Positions 1 to 8,165 of a stretch of 21,675 bases of DNA are shown one piece after another (within the stretch, counting starts at the first letter, position 1; each line of letters starts with the position of its first letter). The position numbers and the translations under genes were made by a program. Below the pieces are notes generated by a model that was not told where the DNA came from, searched no databases, and saw nothing but the letters and a program-made list of their open reading frames with translations. Origin of the DNA: Candidatus Eiseniibacteriota bacterium (lineage in GTDB: Bacteria; Eisenbacteria; RBG-16-71-46). Location: the NCBI GenBank assembly GCA_031366795.1, contig JANLOX010000246.1, forward strand, positions 1-21,675, read 5' to 3'.

Positions 1-1
1 A

Positions 2-56
2 TGTTGGTCCAACGTGATTCTGACCCCCTAACTCCAAAGTGATTCTGTCACCCCCC
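2..56. repeat. IS terminal inverted repeat (downstream of transposase) with two 17-bp internal repeats
   Basis: TCCAACGTGATTCTGAC (8-24) and TCCAAAGTGATTCTGTC (33-49), each followed by a C-run; matches the reverse complement of 1437-1491. Confidence 0.9.
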
Positions 57-1436
57 GGTCACCGGAACTGGCTGGCGTTGGGGTTTGTCTGCTGTCCGCC
101 TCCACGGGTGGTGCGGGGCGGGGCGGGAACGCTCGCGTGCAAGAGTCGCTTGATCACCCTTGGGGATTGGGTTCGGGATACTCGTCTCGTCCTGATCGTC
201 GATCCTGATCGATATGCGGCAGCCGGTTTCGCGCCGTGGGCGACGATTGACGCTTGCCGAGTCTCGCGGCACCAAAACGAAGGCCCCCGATGGCGCGGCT
301 TGTTCCAGCAACACTTGGCCGTTCCGCGACACGATGAGGCGGCCATCGAGTAGTTCACGGACCTCGACACGCGCCCGCGCGAAGGATCGCTGGTGTGGCC
401 CGGGTGGGATCTGGAGTGTGTGGCCGGGGATGGAGACCACGTTGTCGCGTCCGACCACGCGCTCGTAGCGGCAGGCAAGGATGCGATCGAGGTGGCGCGG
501 TGCCGTTCGCCATGCCGGTACGCTGTCGCGTGGTTCCTGAGCGAACCAGTTCTTACAGCGCGCGAGGAAGTGCGGCAGGAAGGCGTCGAACGCTTCGTGG
601 GTGCGGATGTTGTTCAACGCGAGTTCCGCAGGCAAACGATCCTGGACGACCTGCCAGTGCCGTTCGATGCGGCCCTTGGCCTCGGGGCTGTGGGCGGCGA
701 TGTAGCGGATGCCGAGCTCCTCGAGCATCTGGCCGAACTGAGTGGGCCGCTGCCGGCCGGCGAGTTCTTCCTCTTGGCTCCAATGGCCGTCGTTGCGCAC
801 GGCGATTCCCGTCCGGTCTCCGTAGAGTGCTTCGGGTACACCGAACTTGGTGACCGTGTCGCGTAACGCCTGGGTGAAGCCATGAAGATCCTCGTTCGGG
901 CGGCGCACCAGACTCAGCGGCTCTCCCGTAGCGTCATCGAGCATACCGACGAGCGTGAACACCGGTTCGTCGGCGCCGAACCAGGCGAACTCGGTGCCAT
1001 CGATCAGCACGAGACTGCCGATCCGCGCCGCGCGCAGCCGTCGTCTCCGGTGTTTCGCCGGTCTGCGCCGGTGCTTGGGAGCGAGTCCCAAGGCTCGGCG
1101 GATCATGCGCACCGTTTCGGCGCTGATCTCCACCTTGCGTTCCACCAGCAGGTCCCGCACGTGGCAGTCGTTCAGGCGCGGTTCCGAGCGCTCCAGCAGT
1201 GCCACCACTTGCTCTCGAACTGCAGGGTCGAGCCGCTGTGGCGAAGGCCGGCCACGGTTGCCGTGGAGCAGGCCGGCCGGGCCGCCCTCGCGCACACGCA
1301 CCCTGAGTCGCTTGAACTGCCGCAGGCTCAGTCCCGTCAACTCGGCCCCCTTGGCGTTCGTGATCCGTCCCTCGACTGCGGCCTTTAACGGTCCCAGTCG
1401 CTGCGCGTCCTTGACTCCCATGAGCAGGTCTTTCAT
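48..1436 (-). CDS. DDE transposase (N-terminal HTH + rve integrase core), ISNCY/IS1202 family, 462 aa
   Basis: HTH '[14 protein letters not shown]...GLLHGNRGR'; core motifs [30 protein letters not shown]. Confidence 0.92.
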   Translation of the reverse strand: MKDLLMGVKDAQRLGPLKAAVEGRITNAKGAELTGLSLRQFKRLRVRVREGGPAGLLHGNRGRPSPQRLDPAVREQVVALLERSEPRLNDCHVRDLLVERKVEISAETVRMIRRALGLAPKHRRRPAKHRRRRLRAARIGSLVLIDGTEFAWFGADEPVFTLVGMLDDATGEPLSLVRRPNEDLHGFTQALRDTVTKFGVPEALYGDRTGIAVRNDGHWSQEEELAGRQRPTQFGQMLEELGIRYIAAHSPEAKGRIERHWQVVQDRLPAELALNNIRTHEAFDAFLPHFLARCKNWFAQEPRDSVPAWRTAPRHLDRILACRYERVVGRDNVVSIPGHTLQIPPGPHQRSFARARVEVRELLDGRLIVSRNGQVLLEQAAPSGAFVLVPRDSASVNRRPRRETGCRISIRIDDQDETSIPNPIPKGDQATLARERSRPAPHHPWRRTADKPQRQPVPVTGG

Positions 1437-1491
1437 GGGGGGACATAATCACTTTGGAGTTACAGGGGGTCATTATTACTTTGGAACCGCA
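1437..1491. repeat. IS terminal inverted repeat (upstream of transposase) with two 17-bp internal repeats
   Basis: Minus strand TCCAAAGTAATAATGAC (1485-1469) and TCCAAAGTGATTATGTC (1458-1442), each followed by a C-run. Confidence 0.9.
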
Positions 1492-1534
1492 CCCGCCGCG
1501 CGCGCGCATTGCGCCCGCACCACCGTCTCGGGCA

Positions 1535-2683
1535 ATGTCCCCCGCCATGAACGCGCGCGCCGAATCCCGCCCCGGCTTCTTCAGTCACGAGCGCATCATG
1601 TACGCGCTGCTGGTGTTCATCCCCATCGCCGCGGCGTCCGCGTACCTGCACTGGGGCGGCGTCACCACGTTCGCGTTCGCGGCCCTCGCCATCGTGCCGC
1701 TGGCCGGCCTGATGGGCGGCGCGACTGAACGCATCGCCGATCGCCTGGGCGCCGGAATCGGCGGACTGCTCAACGCCACGTTCGGCAATGCGGCCGAATT
1801 GATCATCGCGTTGGTGGCGTTGTCGCGCGGCTACCACGACGTCGTCAAAGCCAGCCTCACGGGATCGATCATCGGCAACGTGCTGCTGGTGCTCGGGCTC
1901 TCGATCGTCGCAGGCGGTGCCCGGCGCGACAAGCAGACCTTTGACCGCACCTCCGCCATGGCGGGATCCACGCTGCTGGCGCTCGCCGCGATCGGGCTCG
2001 TCGTCCCGGCGATGTTCCATTGGGCTGCGGAGTCCGCGGTGCGCAACGCGCAGATCACCAATGCCCACGAGGTGGCGATCGAGCACACCCTGTCGCTCGA
2101 GATCGCCGTGGTGCTGTTCGTCGTCTACCTGCTGAGCCTGCTGTTCAGCCTGCGCACCCACAAGCATCACTACGCTGGCCAGCCCCACGAGGGCGAAGTC
2201 GTGCACGCGAACCCCTCCGACTCGCAGATCGGGCGCGCCGTCCTGACACTGCTGCTCGCCACGGCGTTCATCGCCTGGATGAGCGAGTTGCTCGTCGGCG
2301 CCGTGGAGGAAGCCTCCCACGCGTTGGGCCTCACAAAGGTGTTCGTCGGCGTGATCGTCGTCGCCATCATCGGCAACGCCGCGGAGCACTCGACCGCCGT
2401 GTTGATGGCGATGAAGAACCGCATGGACCTGGCGCTCAACATCGCCATCGGCTCGAGCATCCAGATCGCGCTGTTCGTCGCACCCCTGCTGGTATTCGCG
2501 TCTTACGCCATGCGTGGCAAACCGATGGACCTGCTGTTCAGCCCATTCGAGGTGCTGGCCGTGCTCATCGCCGTGAGCACGGTGAACTTGGTGTCCCAGG
2601 ACGGCGAGTCCAATTGGCTCGAAGGGGCGCTCCTGCTCGCGGTCTACCTGGTGCTCGGGATCGCCTTCTACTTCCTGCCGTAG
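1535..2683 (+). CDS. cax: Ca2+/H+ antiporter, CaCA family (CAX/ChaA-like)
   Basis: Alpha-repeat motifs '[12 protein letters not shown]' and 'IIGNAAEH', '[16 protein letters not shown]', 'DGESNWLEG'; about 11 hydrophobic helices. The ORF-track start (1454) lies inside the IS end, so the true start is ATG 1535 or 1547. Confidence 0.93.
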   Translation: MSPAMNARAESRPGFFSHERIMYALLVFIPIAAASAYLHWGGVTTFAFAALAIVPLAGLMGGATERIADRLGAGIGGLLNATFGNAAELIIALVALSRGYHDVVKASLTGSIIGNVLLVLGLSIVAGGARRDKQTFDRTSAMAGSTLLALAAIGLVVPAMFHWAAESAVRNAQITNAHEVAIEHTLSLEIAVVLFVVYLLSLLFSLRTHKHHYAGQPHEGEVVHANPSDSQIGRAVLTLLLATAFIAWMSELLVGAVEEASHALGLTKVFVGVIVVAIIGNAAEHSTAVLMAMKNRMDLALNIAIGSSIQIALFVAPLLVFASYAMRGKPMDLLFSPFEVLAVLIAVSTVNLVSQDGESNWLEGALLLAVYLVLGIAFYFLP

Positions 2684-2691
2684 TCACGGGC

Positions 2692-2717
2692 TGATCCAAT
2701 CGCGCTCTTGCTCCGTA
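2692..2717 (+). promoter_or_regulatory. ECF-sigma promoter TGATCC-N16-CGTA upstream of ferritin-like pair
   Basis: TGATCC 2692-2697, CGTA 2714-2717; same motif and spacing at three other promoters in this window. Confidence 0.75.
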
Positions 2718-2848
2718 GTAAGTGATGCGGGGTCATGCGGGAGCTCCCTCTTGCCCGGACGCCTCCGTAGGACATACGAGTGTGCGTGGTCACGGGGCCC
2801 GCGTTTGGCCGCACCGCGAGCCCGGGTCAAAGCTAAAGGAGGTGCACG

Positions 2849-3568
2849 GTGCTCGAATCGGGCAAACCATTCGAGAATGACACTCCGCTTGGGTTCCTGG
2901 AACAGGTCGCGCGCGTCGCGACCTCTCGCAGGGTGTTCCTGAGTTGGGCCGGGGCGACGATCGCAGTCTCGGCGATTGGCTGCAGCAGCAAGAGCAAAAA
3001 TCCGGCCTCGCCGGGAAGTTCGGGAGTCAACTTTGGAACGGGTGACACGGCGGTCCTCAACTACGCCTATGCACTCGAGCAACTCGAAGCGGCGTTCTAC
3101 ACCCAGGTCATCGCAACGCCGTACACCGGCATTACCACCGGCGAACTGTCGCTGCTGACCGATATCCGCGACCACGAAGTGATTCACCGCAATTTCCTCA
3201 AAACGGCGCTGGGGGCATCCGCCATCGCGGCGCTCTCCGTTAACTTCGCCTCGGTTAATTTCTCGAGCCGCGCCAGCGTTCTGGGCGCGGCGAGGACGTT
3301 CGAGGATCTCGGGGTCTCGGCCTACAACGGTGCAGGCCAGTTGATCACTTCCGATACCTACTTGACGTTGGCGGGCAAAATCGTCTCCGTCGAGGCACGT
3401 CACGCTGCCGCGATTCGCGACCTCCTTTCCCCGGGAACCGCCGCTTTCGCGGGCAATGATGTGGTCGCCGTCTCCACGGGTCTCGATGTCCAGCGCTCCC
3501 CGTCGCAGGTCCTGGTGCTCGCTTCGACCTACGTGACGACCTCCATTAATCGCGGCGACCTGCCCTGA
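2849..3568 (+). CDS. Ferritin-like (Ferritin_2, desiccation-related) protein, predicted Tat lipoprotein
   Basis: SD AAAGGAGG before GTG; twin-arginine 'SRRVFL' followed by lipobox-like 'AIGC'; dimetal ligand pattern LEQLE, HEVIH, FEDLGVSAY, VEARH. Confidence 0.88.
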   Translation: MLESGKPFENDTPLGFLEQVARVATSRRVFLSWAGATIAVSAIGCSSKSKNPASPGSSGVNFGTGDTAVLNYAYALEQLEAAFYTQVIATPYTGITTGELSLLTDIRDHEVIHRNFLKTALGASAIAALSVNFASVNFSSRASVLGAARTFEDLGVSAYNGAGQLITSDTYLTLAGKIVSVEARHAAAIRDLLSPGTAAFAGNDVVAVSTGLDVQRSPSQVLVLASTYVTTSINRGDLP

Positions 3569-3588
3569 CCGGCGAAAGGAGCATAAAC

Positions 3589-4356
3589 ATGAAGGATTAC
3601 ATTCTGGACTCGCTCGCGGCCGGATCGGACGAGGCCGTCTCGCGACGTGGAGCACTGCGCAAGCTGGAACACGCAGGGCTTGGACTGCTGGCTGCGGCGG
3701 TGCCCTCCGTGCTGGCGAACGCCGCCGGTGCGGCGACCCGCTCACCCTCGCGCGTGGCTCGAACGCAAACCGTCACCGACGTGTTGAACTTCGCGTTGAA
3801 GCTCGAATACCTCGAGAACGAGTTTTACCTGATGGGGCTCGCTGCTTCAGGTCTCATTCCGAGCGGGGATCGCGTCATCTTCCAGCAGATCAGCGCGCAT
3901 GAAACCGCGCACGTGGCACTGCTGAAGGGCGCTCTGGGCGGTAGCGCGATCGTCAAGCCTACGTTCGACTTCACCGCCGGCGGGGCGTTCTCCGACGTGT
4001 TCACGAACTACATCACGTTCAAGGCGCTGTCGCAGGGCTTCGAGGACACGGGTGTCCGCGCGTACAAGGGACAGGCGGTCAACCTCAAGTCCGACGGCGC
4101 CACGCTGACCATCGCGTTGCAGATCCATTCCGTCGAAGCCCGGCATGCCTCCCAGGTGCGGAGGCTGCGCGGCCAGAAGGGTTGGATCACGTCCAACAAC
4201 ACCGACGTCAGCGCGCTGGCGGCGGTATACGCGGGCGAGGATAACCACGTTCAGGGTGGCGTGGATGTCGGCAGCACGTCGGCAGCGACGGAAGCGTTCG
4301 ACGAACCCCTGACCATGGTGCAGGTGCTGGCCATCGCGGGGCCCTTCATCGTGTAG
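3589..4356 (+). CDS. Ferritin-like (Ferritin_2) protein, paralogue of upstream gene, Tat-like signal
   Basis: SD AAAGGAG; 'SRRGALRK'; motifs LNFALKLEYLE, HETAH, FEDTGVRAYKGQ, HSVEARHA, EAFDEPL. Confidence 0.88.
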   Translation: MKDYILDSLAAGSDEAVSRRGALRKLEHAGLGLLAAAVPSVLANAAGAATRSPSRVARTQTVTDVLNFALKLEYLENEFYLMGLAASGLIPSGDRVIFQQISAHETAHVALLKGALGGSAIVKPTFDFTAGGAFSDVFTNYITFKALSQGFEDTGVRAYKGQAVNLKSDGATLTIALQIHSVEARHASQVRRLRGQKGWITSNNTDVSALAAVYAGEDNHVQGGVDVGSTSAATEAFDEPLTMVQVLAIAGPFIV

Positions 4357-4391
4357 CTTCGCCAGCACGATTATTCACCCAGTCGCGGAGC

Positions 4392-4430
4392 GGAGGATCG
4401 GGCCCATACGCCTGGTCCTCCATTCTATGT
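4392..4430 (+). terminator. Probable intrinsic terminator after ferritin pair
   Basis: 12-bp stem GGAGGATCGGGC/GCCTGGTCCTCC (two G-U pairs), 6-nt loop, then ATTCTATGT; lies between convergent genes. Confidence 0.55.
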
Positions 4431-4446
4431 GCACGAACCGCGACCG

Positions 4447-5112
4447 CTAGGGGAGTGGAGGAGGAACTTCGCGGCCACGGCGCTCCTCATCCAGCGCCTG
4501 CAAGCGTGAGCGCTGAGCTGGGGTCAGCACGCCACGGGTGTCGAACAGGGCACGCAGCCGCGACTTGGTCAGCGCAGCGCGCAAACGCGCCACCGTATCG
4601 ATCTTGAGTTCGATCGCCGCGCGCGTCGCGCTTGCCGAACGCAACAGCCCCTGCAACTCCTGCCCCGTCCGCTCCAGTGTACGACGCTGCAATGCATCGG
4701 ACTGCTCCTCGCGATTGAGAATAGCTTGGATGCGCGCATGCTGCGCCGCCGTCACTCCAAGACGTTCCTCCAGATCGCGCTGGTGCTGATCGAACGCATT
4801 GAGCTGCATGGCTGGCCCCCCGCGCGGGGGGCCAGCAGCGCCGCGATGCACGAGTCCGAAAGGGCCCAGCTTCAGGAGCTCCCACGCATCGGGTCCGTCC
4901 ATCGGCTCCATGGCATTAGCGGCGGGCTCGTCCAGTCCGCCGCCCGCCGCACCAGGGGGCCACTGCCGCGCGTGAGTGCCGCCCTCGGCGCTTCGCGGAG
5001 GACCGCCGGGGCGACGGGCAGGAACGACGTCGGCGAACGCGCACGGGCGCGCCGCAAGGCAAACCGTGGCGGTCAGCAGCCCGATGGTCATCGGGAGGTT
5101 CAGCCGTTTCAA
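4447..5112 (-). CDS. Periplasmic Spy/CpxP/ZraP-like helical protein (LTxxQ family)
   Basis: Signal-like N-terminus (KRLNLPMTIGLLTATVCLAARPCAFA), Gly/Pro-rich linker, 'LGVTAAQ' and 'VLTPAQR' motifs bracketing a coiled coil. Start uncertain (TTG 5112 or ATG 5091); the ORF-track start 5205 overlaps the predicted promoter. Confidence 0.72.
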   Translation of the reverse strand: MKRLNLPMTIGLLTATVCLAARPCAFADVVPARRPGGPPRSAEGGTHARQWPPGAAGGGLDEPAANAMEPMDGPDAWELLKLGPFGLVHRGAAGPPRGGPAMQLNAFDQHQRDLEERLGVTAAQHARIQAILNREEQSDALQRRTLERTGQELQGLLRSASATRAAIELKIDTVARLRAALTKSRLRALFDTRGVLTPAQRSRLQALDEERRGREVPPPLP

Positions 5113-5177
5113 GATCACTGGAGGAGCCCATGTTCGACTTGCGACGGCTCGCCGCCGCCCGGAAACCCAAGGCGGCG

Positions 5178-5205
5178 ATTGTATCGGTTGCAAACGCTTG
5201 CACAA
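5178..5205 (-). promoter_or_regulatory. Sigma70-like promoter TTGTGC-N16-TACAAT overlapped by palindrome TGCAAACGCTTGCA
   Basis: -10 at 5183-5178, -35 at 5205-5200, palindrome at 5189-5202. Confidence 0.55.
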
Positions 5206-5265
5206 GCAGTGGTCCGGGCGGGCGGATGAATTTCCCCCCCCCAGACCACCTGCCTGCTGGCACCT

Positions 5266-5586
5266 CTACGCGTCGAAGCGCGGTGAGCGGGAGAACTCGC
5301 TGGCTCCCTGACTCTCCCGATCAGACCCTGCCACCTTCACGATCTTGTTGTAAACGCCGATGAGCAGCAGCGGTGCCGCCCACTGCCCTACAAACTGGCT
5401 GTCGTCTTTCTTGTTCGAGGCCTTCAGCAAGAGCGAAACGCCCATGGAGGCCACCGCAGCCCAGAGCCACAGATCGGACGGAAGTTTCGAGGTCTCGTTC
5501 TCGATGGTCTTGGCGACGCGCCCCTCGGCGTGGTCCATGTGATGCTGCGCGACCCCTTCTCTCGGCTTGAACGTCGATTCAGTCAT
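5266..5586 (-). CDS. Small membrane protein of unknown function, 106 aa
   Basis: SD-like AAGGAAG before ATG 5586; two hydrophobic segments; 'EGRVAKTIENETSKLPSDLWLWAA...FVGQWAAPLLLIGVYNKIVK' resembles a recurring uncharacterised family (recognised from memory, not searched). Confidence 0.75.
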   Translation of the reverse strand: MTESTFKPREGVAQHHMDHAEGRVAKTIENETSKLPSDLWLWAAVASMGVSLLLKASNKKDDSQFVGQWAAPLLLIGVYNKIVKVAGSDRESQGASEFSRSPRFDA

Positions 5587-6096
5587 GCCTGTCACTTCCT
5601 TCGGGAATGAGGCTTCCTGCGGCTCCTTGCGTAGTCTTCCATCGACGAGTGCTGGGTGAACGCCGCAATCCACGCGCGCGGCGCTCCAACACCATGTCGG
5701 TTCAGGCGGTTCCCATGACGGCTCTCGCCCAGGTTCCGGCCGCAATCCGAGCAGGAGCGCAACAACCGGGCCAGCGATTGGAGGCCTCGTCCGTCGTGGG
5801 ACCAGGGCGGTTCGAGATTACGCATGGAGCCTGAGCGGTCCCAGCCTCCGGGTTGCCGCAGGACTCGCGATTCCCGCATAACCCGCCGCACAAACGGCGG
5901 GGGCGCTGCCCCATGCAGGGCTTCACGGAGCTCATTTCCAACGGCGCATCGCGGCCTCTGGGGGTCTCTGCTGGAATGTTCCGCGCGCTCCTACCGGCCC
6001 CGATTTCAACCCCCTTGTAAGGATCCCGCGGGATGCGTCCACCGGCTTGGCCTCGCGACAGCCTCCCCTGTGCACAGAGCGGGTCCATGGCTACCG

Positions 6097-6125
6097 GTGA
6101 CCGCCCCCCCGCCGTCTGCTACGAT
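6097..6125 (+). promoter_or_regulatory. Sigma70-like promoter of the CDO operon
   Basis: GTGACC-N17-TACGAT with extended -10 TG (TGCTACGAT), 22 nt upstream of the ATG and just before SD GGAGGA. Confidence 0.5.
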
Positions 6126-6147
6126 CGGTGCACTGGAGGAATCCCCC

Positions 6148-6726
6148 ATGACCATGGCTCCGCACGATTCCAAGATCGAGGACCTCATCCGCCGGCTCGA
6201 TGCCGCGGTCGAGGTCGTCGACGATGCCACCCGATGTCGCAACGTCAAGACCGTGCTGACGGAAATCGTGCGTTCGGGCGAACCGTTCGTGCCCGAGCGC
6301 TTCATGCGCACCGCCACCGGGCAGTACGCGCGCCGGCTGCTGCACCGCGATCCGGCGGGCCGCTACACGATGCTCGTGATGGTGTGGGACCGCGGCCAGG
6401 GCACGAGCCTGCACGATCACGCGGGCCGCTGGTGCTGCGAATGCGTGTATCGCGGCAACATCCGCGTGACGTCCTTCTCCGCCATCGGCGGCGACGCGGA
6501 GCAGGACCTGGTCGAGTTCCGCCAGGAAACCATCGTGCATGCCGGCGTGGGTGAAGCAGGAGCGCTGATTCCGCCGTTCGAATACCACATTCTCGAGAAC
6601 GCCGGCGATGAACCCGCGGTGACGATCCATGTGTATGGCGAGGAACTGAAGCACTGCCACATCTTCGAACCGGTGGAAGGCCTGAAATACCGCCGCCGCT
6701 TCAAAGAACTCGCCTACACCGAGTGA
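6148..6726 (+). CDS. Cysteine dioxygenase type I family (thiol dioxygenase), 192 aa
   Basis: SD GGAGGA; cupin with 'YARRLL', 'WDRGQGTSLHDH', 'YHIL', 'VTIHVYG' (3-His iron site, Arg-type, His-x-Tyr). The ORF-track extension to 5824 is low-complexity and probably non-coding. Confidence 0.9.
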   Translation: MTMAPHDSKIEDLIRRLDAAVEVVDDATRCRNVKTVLTEIVRSGEPFVPERFMRTATGQYARRLLHRDPAGRYTMLVMVWDRGQGTSLHDHAGRWCCECVYRGNIRVTSFSAIGGDAEQDLVEFRQETIVHAGVGEAGALIPPFEYHILENAGDEPAVTIHVYGEELKHCHIFEPVEGLKYRRRFKELAYTE

Positions 6727-7802
6727 GCGCACCCGCCGAGCCTTCATCAATCTCCGCGGCGGCGGGCGGTGCGCCCACTGGCGTGGCCCCGCAGGGAATC
6801 GTCGCGTTGCTGCCGGGCCTGCTCGTGTGCGCAGCGCTCGCGGCCGCGGCGGTCATACTCGCGGACCTGCCGTGGATCAAGTCGCACCTGCACGTCAGCC
6901 CGCTGCTGCTGGTGATCCTGTTAGGCATGGCGTGGCGCTCGCTCGCGCCGGTGCCTGATGCGGCACTCCCCGGCATCCGCCTGGCCCAACGCCCGCTGCT
7001 GCGCTGGGCCGTCGCGGGACTCGGCTTCCGGCTGAGCCTCGTCGAACTCGCGCACATCGGCGGCGCGGCGTTGTCGGTCGTCGTCATCTCCACCTTCGCC
7101 TCGCTGTCCTTCGGCTGGTGGCTCGCGCGCCGGCTCGGCGTCAGCGAGAAGCTCGGCATCCTGCTCGGCGTCGGCGGCGCCATCTGCGGCGCCTCGGCCG
7201 TTGTCGCGGCGGACTCCGTGGTGCAAGGCGAGAAGCGCGACTCCGCCATCTCGCTGGCGATCATCACACTGCTCGGCACCATCGGCATCGTCATCGACCC
7301 GCTGCTGGCGCACGCGCTGCACATGAGCGATTTTGTCTACGGCGTGTGGGACGGCGCCAGCCTGCACGAGCTGGCGCAGGTCGTCGCCGCGGGCTCCGGC
7401 GTCAGCGATCGCGCGGTGCAGGTGGCGACCGTCGTCAAGCTGGCGCGCATCGCCCTGCTCGCCCCGGTGGTGTTGTTCCTGAGCTGGCGCATGCGCCATG
7501 AGCACAAAGCGGCCGGCAAGGCGCGCGTCTCGGTGGTGCCGTGGTTCCTCGTGCTGTTCGTGGTGTTCGCGATCGTCAATTCACTGGGCGTGATCCCCAA
7601 GCCCACCCTCGAGATGATCAAGACCGGCGTGCTGTGGCTGCTGTGTGTCGGCATGGCCGGCGTCGGCATCCAGACTGGGCTCAAGGACCTGCGCTCCGCC
7701 GGCATTCGCCCGGTGCTCGCAGGGGCGGGGCAATGGGTGTTCCTCGCGGCGTTGTCCTACGGACTCACCGCATGGCTGTGCGGCGGCGCGCATGCGCCTT
7801 GA
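6723..7802 (+). CDS. YeiH/UPF0324 putative sulfate exporter (PSE) family membrane protein
   Basis: GTGA overlap with CDO stop; motifs 'LLR.AVA.LGFRL', 'GGAICGASAVVA', 'GASLHELAQVVAAG', 'VKLARIALL', 'VPWF'. Confidence 0.9.
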   Translation: MSAPAEPSSISAAAGGAPTGVAPQGIVALLPGLLVCAALAAAAVILADLPWIKSHLHVSPLLLVILLGMAWRSLAPVPDAALPGIRLAQRPLLRWAVAGLGFRLSLVELAHIGGAALSVVVISTFASLSFGWWLARRLGVSEKLGILLGVGGAICGASAVVAADSVVQGEKRDSAISLAIITLLGTIGIVIDPLLAHALHMSDFVYGVWDGASLHELAQVVAAGSGVSDRAVQVATVVKLARIALLAPVVLFLSWRMRHEHKAAGKARVSVVPWFLVLFVVFAIVNSLGVIPKPTLEMIKTGVLWLLCVGMAGVGIQTGLKDLRSAGIRPVLAGAGQWVFLAALSYGLTAWLCGGAHAP

Positions 7803-8043
7803 TGTCGCCCTGCACGAGTTGCGGGTGTTCAAGAGCCGCGCCCAGGCGCAGAGCGCCATCCGCGACGGCGGGCTGCTGCTCAATGGCGAGCCGGCCAAGC
7901 CGAGTCACGATCTCCACGCCGGCGACCGCATCACCCTGACCGGCGCGGGCGTCCACCGCACGCTCGAGGTGCTCGAGTTGCCGAGCCGGTCCCTCAGCAA
8001 GGAAGCGGCGAAGGCGCTGGTGCGAGAGGTGCCGGAGGCGTAG
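7792..8043 (+). CDS. Stand-alone S4 RNA-binding domain protein (Hsp15/YabO-RqcP-like), 83 aa
   Basis: 'MRLDVAL..LRVFKSRAQAQSAIRDG.LLLNGEPAKPSHDLHAGDRITL'; the ATG overlaps the end of the yeiH-like gene. Confidence 0.85.
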   Translation: MRLDVALHELRVFKSRAQAQSAIRDGGLLLNGEPAKPSHDLHAGDRITLTGAGVHRTLEVLELPSRSLSKEAAKALVREVPEA

Positions 8044-8072
8044 GCGCGAGCTCCGCGGGAACCCGTCGCCCC

Positions 8073-8116
8073 AATGGAAACGCGGGCGGTAGGGTGACCG
8101 ACCCTGACCGCCCGCG
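8073..8116 (-). terminator. Strong hairpin between convergent genes; probable terminator of the DUF4331 gene
   Basis: 15-bp stem with one bulge (8081-8095/8101-8116), followed on the minus strand by TTTCCATT; a second 8-bp hairpin ACTGCAGC/GCTGCAGT at 8121-8147. Confidence 0.55.
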
Positions 8117-8165
8117 CGTGACTGCAGCCCCCTCGGAACGCTGCAGTACTCTCTCGGCGTGTTCG

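Larger units (their letters stand above)
2..1491 (-). mobile_element. Insertion sequence, ISNCY/IS1202-like, 1490 bp, apparently complete
   Basis: Single DDE transposase flanked by ~55-bp imperfect terminal inverted repeats with 5'-TG...CA-3' ends (TGTTGGTCCAACGTGATTCTGACCCCC from 2; TGCGGTTCCAAAGTAATAATGACCCCC read on the minus strand from 1491). Target duplication cannot be assessed because only 1 nt of left flank is present. Confidence 0.9.

Noticed and set aside
1..60. Short tandem repeats as a CRISPR array
   Set aside because: Only two 17-bp units with ~8-nt gaps, mirrored at 1437-1491; they are IS end repeats and there are no cas genes.
1454..1534. N-terminal extension of cax in the ORF track ([12 protein letters not shown]...)
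   Set aside because: It begins inside the IS inverted repeat, so it is an artefact of the insertion.
2742..2769. Second CCGTAG upstream of the ferritin pair as another ECF site
   Set aside because: No ATCC-like box at 16-nt spacing (CTCCCT there); AGCTCC would need an 18-nt spacer.
2684..3745. 353-aa minus-strand ORF and similar long overlapping ORFs (e.g. 1460-2389)
   Set aside because: Shadows of well-supported genes caused by high-GC codon bias.
5687..5714. Minus-strand GGAACC-N16-TGTT as a general-stress ECF promoter for the 106-aa protein
   Set aside because: Single imperfect match with no second instance or cognate sigma in the window.
5824..6147. 108-aa N-terminal extension of the CDO
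   Set aside because: Low-complexity Pro/Arg/Cys sequence; a promoter and strong SD lie immediately before ATG 6148.
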